Positions 42,401-51,400 of a DNA stretch of 64,000 bases are shown one piece after another. The stretch covers positions 704,001 through 768,000 of the forward strand of contig OZ251518.1 in assembly GCA_965242965.1 (NCBI GenBank), written 5' to 3'. The notes under the pieces are model-generated. The model was not told the DNA's origin. It saw only the letters and a program-made list of their open reading frames with translations, and made no database searches. Source of the DNA: Candidatus Poribacteria bacterium. Its GTDB lineage: Bacteria; Poribacteria; WGA-4E; WGA-3G. The translations under genes were made by a program, and so were the position numbers. How positions within the stretch are numbered: the first letter of the stretch is position 1; each line of letters opens with the position of its first letter.

Positions 42401-45400
42401 CCTCTATACCGTTGCAGAGAATACGACAGCGGTGGCGACAATCACGGCGACAGATCGCACGAATGCCCAAGTGACATTCTCTATCCCAACGACAGATGCC
42501 ACCGGTGGCGTGGATAGAGAGAGGTTCTCCATTACTCGGCTGGGCGGCGTGTTGAGGTTCGTTGCCGCGCCGAATTATGAAAATCCGCAGGATGTTGCAA
42601 GCACATCGCCTGTTAATGCGGCGAATAACAACGAATATATTGTGAAGGTGACAGCGACGGCGAGTGGCAGGGGAAGTGCCACGCAGACGCTCCGTGTAAC
42701 GGTGACTGACGTTAGAGAGAAACCCGGCAAGCCGCTTGCACCGACGGTGAGGGCAGCGACTGCCACGCCAACGCAATTGAGTGTCACGTGGGCTGCACCT
42801 ACAAACACGGGCCCGGCGATAACCGACTACGATGTGCAGTATCGCGCCGGTAGCACAGGGACGTTCACCGATGCAAGTTACGATGGCACGGTTACCTCAA
42901 CAACGCTGACAGGTTTGACACAAGGGACAGCGTATGAGGTGCAGGTGCGCGCGACGAGTCCTGAAGACACGGGCTCCTGGTCTGACAGCGGCAGTGGAAC
43001 AACAGCGGGGAACGCGAAGCCGAGTTTCACCACGACAGCCCTCTCGGTTGAGGAAAACCTCACCAGCGTAGGGACGGTGACAGCCACCGATGCCGATGAT
43101 ACCGTCACGGGGTATGCGATAACGGGTGGTGCAGATGAGACGAAGTTTACGATTACAAAGACAGGGACGAACAAAGGCAAGTTAGTCTTTAATACTGCCC
43201 CCGATTACGAGGCGAACGGTTCTGACGCAGGGGACAATGCCTACAAGGTGGAAATTACGGCGACGAGCGGCACCGGCGCGCGACTCGCAACGACAGCGGC
43301 GACGTTCACCATCACGGTGACAAATGCAGTGGAGAAGCCAATCGCACCGGGGATGCCCACAGTGGAAGCGGTTGCGACGAACCCTGCCCAGTTGAGTGTG
43401 AGTTGGACTGCGCCTGCGAATGCAGGGAAGCCGGCGATAACCGGGTATCAGTTGCAGTATCGCAAGGGGAACACGGGGAATTTCACGTCAGCGGCAGGGA
43501 CGGTAACAAGGACATCGACGACGCTGCGCGGGTTAGATACCGGCACATCGTATCAGGTGCAGGTGCAGGCGAAGAATGACGATGGGAAGAGCCTCTGGTC
43601 TGCCTCGGGCACCGGCACAACGGCGACGAATGCTGCACCGAGTTTCTCAACGACATCCCCGTTCTCCGTTCCGGAAAACACGACAGCGGTAGGCACCGTC
43701 ACGGCGACAGATGCCGATACCGATGATACCGTCACGGGGTATGCGATAACGGGTGGTGCTGATGAGACGAAGTTTTCCATTACGGCGACGACAGGTGCAT
43801 TGGTTTTCCAAACCGCACCGGATTACGAGGCGAACGCCTCCGCCGCAGGAAACAATACCTACAAAGTAGAAGTCACGGCGACGAGCGGCACCGGTGCCCG
43901 CATTCTTTCAACGGCGCAGAGCATTACTGTCACCGTCGGCGATGTGGATGAGCCGCCTGCGAAGCCTGGCACACCGGTAGTGCAAGCAGTCGCCCACTAC
44001 GACGATAAGTTAAAGGTGAGTTGGACTGCACCGGCGAACACCGGCAAGCCGGCGATAACCGATTACGATGTGCAGTATCAGAAGAACGGCGCGGCATCGT
44101 GGGAAACCCATGCACATGATGGAACAGGCGTTACCACGCAGCTGACAGGTTTGGATGAGAACACGAAGTATTTCGTGAAGGTGCAGGCGATAAGCCACGA
44201 AGGAGAAACCTGGTCTGACGCTGGCAGCGGTAGAACGAATGTGAATGCGGTGTTGCTGCCGGAGTTCGAGCCGCCCGAAGGAACAGGCGGTGATGGGCCA
44301 ACAATAGACCCGCCATCAGGCATTGATGCCCTCTATACCGTTGCAGAGAATACGACAGCGGTGGCGACAATCACGGCGACAGATCGCACGAATGCCCAGG
44401 TGACATTCTCTATTCCGGGGACGGATGCCACCGGTGGCGTGGATAGAGAGAGGTTCTCCATTACTACGGGCGGCGTGTTGACGTTCAGTGCCGCGCCGGA
44501 TTATGAAAATCCGCAGGATGTTGCAAGCACCTCGCCTGTTAATGCGGCGAATAACAACGAATATATTGTGAAGGTCCAAGCGACGGCGACTGGCAGGGGA
44601 AGTGCCACGCAGACAGTCCGTGTAACGGTGACAGATGTCAACGAGGGCCCGGCTTTCAGTTCGGCGAGTGCTTTCTCGGTGCAAGAGAATATCACGGCGG
44701 TTACCACGGTGACAGCCACGGATCCGGATAGAGAAAGCGATGGCGCGACAGCCCGCGATAGCATCACCTACACAGTGGAGGGCACCGATGCCAGCCTCTT
44801 CTCTATTAGTTCTACCGGCGCGCTGTCATTCTCCACTGCGCCAAACTTTGAAGTTCCCGGTGACAAAGCGAGCATTGAACCGGAGAACGCCGCCGAGAAT
44901 AACGAATACCTTGTGACTGTCAAAGCGACGAGTGGTACGGTAGCGCGAGCGAAGTCTGCGAAACTCCCGCTGGTTGTCACCGTTACGGATATGCCGGAGA
45001 AACCCGGAAAACCCGCTAAGCCGACGGTGACTGCTGTCACCAACAGCGTAACGAAGTTGGACGTGAGTTGGAACCCGCCCGATAATACGGGGCCTCCTAT
45101 CAGCGGCTACAATGTGCAGTATAAGAAAAGCACGGCAGGTTCATTCACGGATATTAGTGGTGACATCACTACCGTATCAAAACGCCTCACCAGCCTCCTT
45201 CCGGAGACCTCTTATCAGGTGCGGGTGCGCGCGAAAAGTGTTGAAGGGATAGGTGCCTGGTCTGACCCGGAGACAGGAACAACGAATGCCTACTCTGACA
45301 TCAGCCCGAGTCAAGACAATCGCAGACCGCGTTTCACGACGAGCAATAGTTTCAGCGTTCCGGAAAATAGCACGGCAGTGACGACAGTGAATGCGGTAGA

Positions 45401-48400
45401 TGACGATTCCGGCGATGGGGCTCCCAGTTATGAAATCACCGGTGGTGCGGATAGCGCGAAGTTTTCGATTACGGCATCAACAGGCGCGTTGGTATTCAGT
45501 CCTGCACCCGATTACGAGGCGAAGGCCTCCGCCGCAGGAAACAATACCTACAAAGTGGAAATCACGGCGACAACCGGTGGTAATGGCGACAGGCGGTTAA
45601 CGGCATCGCAAAATCTGACGATTACCGTTACCAATGCAAACGAACCGCCGGATGCACCAACAGGCTTGACGGTGAACGGTTCCACGACTACGCCGATGCA
45701 ACTTGACGTGAGTTGGACTGCGCCTACTGTGCCGACCAGCATTCCCTCACTGAGCGGATATGATGTGGAGTATCGGAAAGGCGCAACTGGGAGCTGGTCT
45801 TCGTTAACACACACCGGCACTGGCAGGACAGCCGCCATTACTAGTTTGATGGCAGGTGCGAGTTATCAGGTGCGGGTGCGCGCGAAAAACAGTGAAGGCA
45901 AGAGCGGATGGGCACAAGAAAGTGGCACTACGGCGGGGAACGCGAAGCCCATTTTCTCAACGACAACCTTCTCCGTTGACGAAAACACGACAGCGGTAGG
46001 CACCGTCACTGCCACCGATAGCGATGATACCGTCACGGGGTATGCGATAACGGGTGGTGCTGATGAGACGAAGTTTTCCATTACTGCATCGACAGGCGCG
46101 TTGGTTTTTGATCCGGCACCAAATTACGAGGCGAAGGCCTCCGCCGCAGGAAACAATACCTACAAAGTGGAAATCACGGCGACGAGCGGCACCGGTGCCC
46201 GGCAGGCAACGAACGCGCAGCCGTTCACCATCACGGTGACAAATGTGCTTGAAGCACCGGAGAAACCGGAGAAACCGACGGTGACTGGTCTTCCTGAATA
46301 TCCAAAGCGGCTCAAGGTCAGTTGGACTGTGCCTACGAACACGGGCCCGGAGATAACCGAGTATCAGTTACAGTATCGTCAGGAGGGCGTGGTGGCTTTC
46401 ACGAAAGCTGCAGGTGCCGTAACAACAGGCACTTCGACGACGCTGCGCGGTTTCACGCCAGGGACAACTTATGAGGTGCAGGTGAAGGCGAAAAACGCCG
46501 AGGGCACCAGCACCTGGTCAGATACCGGCAGCGGCAGCACGGCGGCGAATGCCGACGCAGTGTTCGCAAACTCCGACACTGCCAGTGTGGACGAAAACAG
46601 TCCTATAACTACCAACATCCTCACGCTGAATGCCACGGATGCAGATGCCGGTGACAGCGTCAGTTATAGCCTTAGCGGTGGTGCAGATGCCGGCGCGTTT
46701 ACGATTGCGGATACCAATAAATTGCGATTCACAACGGTGCCTAATCATGAGAGTCCGACAGATGCGGCGAGCACATCGCCTAGCAACGCGGCGCGCAACA
46801 ACGAATACATCGTTGTCGTCAAGGCTACCAGTGGCACCGATGAACGCATGACCACGGCCAAACAAACGCTGACGATTACCGTCACGGATGTTCGCGAACC
46901 TCCCGATAAGCCGACAGCACCGAGTATCTCCGATGCTACCCTCACGACGCTAAAGGTGAGTTGGACTGCGCCAGCCAACGCGGGCAAGCCGACGATAGAC
47001 GATTACGATGTCCAGTATGCGAAGAACGTCGCGAATCCGACATGGGTATCACATATGCACGTGGGTGCCAGCAGGTCCACGACGCTGACAGGGTTGGATA
47101 CCGGCACGACATACCAAGTGCGGGTGATGGCGAAAAACGACGAGGGGAACAGCACCTGGTCTGACACTAGCACAGGCACGACAATCGTCAACCGCGGTCC
47201 GGCGTTCAGCAGTACCGCAGCCACTGCGAGTGTCGACGAGAATTCCGCAATCACGACAGACATATATACGTTTATTGATGGGACGGCCGCAACGGATGCC
47301 GATCCGCAAGACAGCGTCACCGGTTACACGGTGACAGGCGGTGCCGATAAGACGAAGTTTGAGATTCAGGATACGAACAAACTGCGGCTGAAGAATGTGC
47401 CGGATTATGAGGCGCAGTCCTCCTATGTGGTAGAAGTGAAAGCGACGAGCGGTGCCGGCGCGCGTGCACTCCAAAGTGATGCGCTGACAATTACCGTCAG
47501 CGTTACTGATGTCCCCGAGCCGCCCAATACGCCGGATGCACCACGCATCACGGAAACTGCGCTCACCACATTGAATGTGAGTTGGAGTGAGCCAGACAAC
47601 GACGGCAAGCCGCCGATAACCGACTATGATGTGCGGTATGGCAAAAACGGCGCGAATCCGATGGTGTGGGTGGCGCATACACACGTGGGAGCCGGCAGGT
47701 CCACGACGCTGAGAGACTTGGATACCGGCACGAATTATGATGTGCAAGTGCTGGCGAGAAACGACGAGGGTGCCAGCGACTGGTCCCCCTCCGGCAAAGG
47801 GATGACAATCGTCAACAAAGGTCCGAAGTTTGAGACATCTCAGGTACTGGGCATTGATGAAAATCAGGTGATTGTCGGCCTGTTAACTGCCATGGATCCG
47901 GACGCAGAAGTTGACAACACCTTTACCTACAAGATTGTTGGCGGTGCAGATGGAAACCTCTTTGTGATTGGGGCTAGCGTTAGCAACGCGGAGGGGCAGT
48001 TTGCCGCCGTGCGGGGTGCAGAAAGCAACGCTCAAGAAGCAAGCATCCCCGGCCTGCTGAAGTTTAAGAGCGGTATGGCACCGGACTATGAGAACCCTGA
48101 AGACTCCGATAAAAACAGAGAGTATATCGTCACCGTCGAAGTGACAAGTGGAACCGGGGCTCGCGCCATGTCAACAAGACAAGACTTCAAGGTGAACACG
48201 AGAGACGTGAGGCCACGCAACGTCGAACAGCCGATAGTCACACCTGTTGATGGCGACGGCACCAAGTTGAAAGTGGAGTGGGCAGCCCCGAGGAGGGAGA
48301 TCTCAGACCTGCCAGTCAACGGTTATCGTGTCCAGTATAGTGCCGATAAGTCGGGGCTATGGACAGAGCACGACTACGAAGGTGCTGAACCCCCAGACCC

Positions 48401-51400
48401 GGCACTGGTGCTCAGCGGGTTGAAACCGAGTACCGAGTATGAAGTCCAAGTCCAAGCGCGAAGTTTAGACAGAGGCTCCTGGGAGGACAGCGATTGGTCT
48501 GAATCTGGCGAAGCCACGACAGATTCCGCAGATCCGGCGCGGGATGGGAGTAATTCGCCGCCGCGCTTCATGAGCAAGGCGCAGCCGACTATTCCCGAAA
48601 ATACCATGCCGGTGATAACGCTCGTCGCCGTTGATGACGATGAACAAGACAAAATCATGGGCTTTGAAATCACCGGCGGCGCGGATGCAGCGATGTTTAT
48701 GATTGAAAATCACGACGAGCTGCGGTTCAAAAAAGCACCGGACTATGAAGCCATGATGGAGGACAGCAATAGCGAAGACGGTGATGACACCGAACCGACG
48801 AACGCCGACGAACTTGACGCATGTCTCGTGGAAGTCATGGCGACAAGCGGCACAGGGAAACGCGCGAAAACGGTGAAACAGATGCTGTCGGTGCGCGTCA
48901 CCGATGTTTCCGGTCCCGAAAGACCGGCGAAGCCGAAGGTTTCATCGGTTGCTGGCAGCACCAGCAAACTCCGCGTGAAATGGCGCGCCCCGGAAAGTTT
49001 CGGGCTCCCCATCAGCGATTACGATGTGCAGTATCGCGCCGATAGTGCGGGGGCATGGAAAAACGCGAAGTATGATGGCACCGGCACCAGCACCGATTTA
49101 ACGGGGTTGGAGGCGAAGGAAACCTATCTCGTGCAGGTGCGCGCGCGGAATAGCGAAGGCAGAAGCCCCTGGTCACCGAGCGGGAGCGGCTCCCCAAGTG
49201 CAGAGCCGACTGCCGATGCACCGGACACCGATTCCGGCGATCCTGACGAGGAAGGTGAATTGCCACCCGATGGCGCGCCCGCAGTGCCTGTCATCATCGA
49301 GCACAAAACCGTCGTCATCAACGAAATCGGCAACCGCACCGAGGATAAATACGACTGGGTGGAGTTGTTCAATCGCGCTTACGAGGACGTTAGTTTGAAG
49401 GACTGGAGTCTCAGCATCGTTGATAAGTCGGTTGTGCACGATGTGGCGCGGGACGCGCTGGAGTCAGCCGATGGTTCAATGCACGATGTGGAACTCGTTC
49501 ACTTCAAGACAGACATCACAATTCCGGCGCGCGGCTATTTACTCGTGATGCACAGCGATCCGCTGGCGAAAGAAAATCCGTTGGCGGGCGGCATCGCATT
49601 GGCAACCCCGCGGGAGAAGCCGCTGCCTGGGCAAGAACAATTAATGTCATCGCTGCCGTTGTCTCAGTGCTACATTGATACCGGGCTTTCGCTGCCGGAT
49701 GGCGACTTCCTGCTCATCCTGCGCGATAGCGCGACGGCGGAAGGCACCGACGAACACCTCCGCGATGTCGCCGGCAATTACTACAAACCCGCCCTGGTCG
49801 GCGCGGAACCGACGTTGATGTGGCCGCTGATACTAGATGTCCGCGATGTCTCCAACTTCAACTTCCGTAGCGATGAGGTGTGGGCGCGGGAGAACACGCG
49901 CATCGATGGATTCTGTGAGAACGCCTTCGTGCAGGCACCTTACACCGGGGTCGGCTATGACAGAGCGATTGCGCCGACGGATGCCGGTGGGAAGCATAGC
50001 GGCACTCCCGGCTATGCCAACGACGCACTCAAGACGAAAGCGGCGGATTTAGAGGATCCGAATTGCGTCTCCATCAGCGAGGTGATGTTTGCTACCGATA
50101 CCGTAGCGCGAGGGCCTGTCCCTCGCGATGCCGGCACTAACATCAACGGCCTCCCGCAATGGATAGAGGTATTCAACTGCTCGGAAACCGAGGCGGTGAG
50201 CATGGAAAATTGGCGGTTGGAGATTCGGAACCGTAGCAATGGCGGCGCGCGGGCGAAAGCGACGCTCATTTTCAACCAGGCACTGCTTATCCCGCCGCGT
50301 CAGACGGTGCTGCTTGTCTCCTCGTCAGAGCGCGCGATAAAACCGCGCACGGCAGGACGCGGACTCATCTCCAGCGAACCTTGGCCGACGAGTGAACATC
50401 TGCCTGAGGCGTATATCTACTCACTCTACGATGAAGCAGCCGCACAACTTCGGATGACATCCCGAAACGATAAGGTGCTGAGCCTCACCGGGTTCACGCT
50501 AACGTTGAAGGATATGACTGACGAGGTGGTAGATGTGATTGGTAATCATGTTGAAGGCGAGCCGATTGCGTGGCAGTTGCCAGTATCCAAGAGTGAATCG
50601 GGAGCGCGGAGTTCCATGCTGCGTCGTTATGTCGATGGAGACGCGGTTGATGGACAGTCGGCGGAGGCTTGGGTATCCGCCGCCGAGACGCATCTCGCCG
50701 GTGTCCAAAACGGGCTCTATTACGGTGATGCCACCGATATCAGCACACCGGGCTATCGGGGCAGCATGCTCACCACGTTTGAGATGGCGGCGACAGGCAC
50801 CAGCATCGAGCTCACCTGGCAGACCGCGTCTGAATCGAACACCGCAGGCTTTTATGTCCTCCGGTGTGACACGCGCGATGGCGAATTCGTGACGTGCAAC
50901 GATTTACTCATCCCGGGCGCAGGCACGACAAGCACACCGCAAACTTACGCATGGACAGATGCTAAGAAGACAGCCGGTGTCGCCTATTGGTATCGCTTGG
51001 AGGAAGAGTCGTTTGCGGGGGTGCGGCAAGTCTTGGCGAAGCGGCAATTGACGTTTGCTAAAGCAGATGTCAACGGCGATGGCGAGGTAAATGTGCAGGA
51101 CCTGGTTTTCGCCGCCGCCGGCAATGGACAGCCTGTCCCGCAGGCGCAAAAACAGAATCCCGATGTCAACGGTGATGGTATCGTCAATCCGCAGGATGTC
51201 CAAGCAGTGCTCGGTGTGTTAGAGGCGAAGCCGGGGGCTGCGCCAGCGTATCCGCGGCTCACGGCGAATCTCCTGCAACCGTGGATTGACGAAGCGAAGC
51301 GGCTGAATCTACCCGATGCGACTTTCCAGCGCGGTATTCGTGAATTGGAACGCCTCGCCGCTGCATTGGCAATTCCGAAGGAGACAGCACTCTTGCCGAA

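Noticed and set aside
30560-51262. Numerous antisense and alternate-frame ORFs within the giant gene
   Set aside because: Shadow ORFs from biased codon usage and repeated modules, with no independent motifs.
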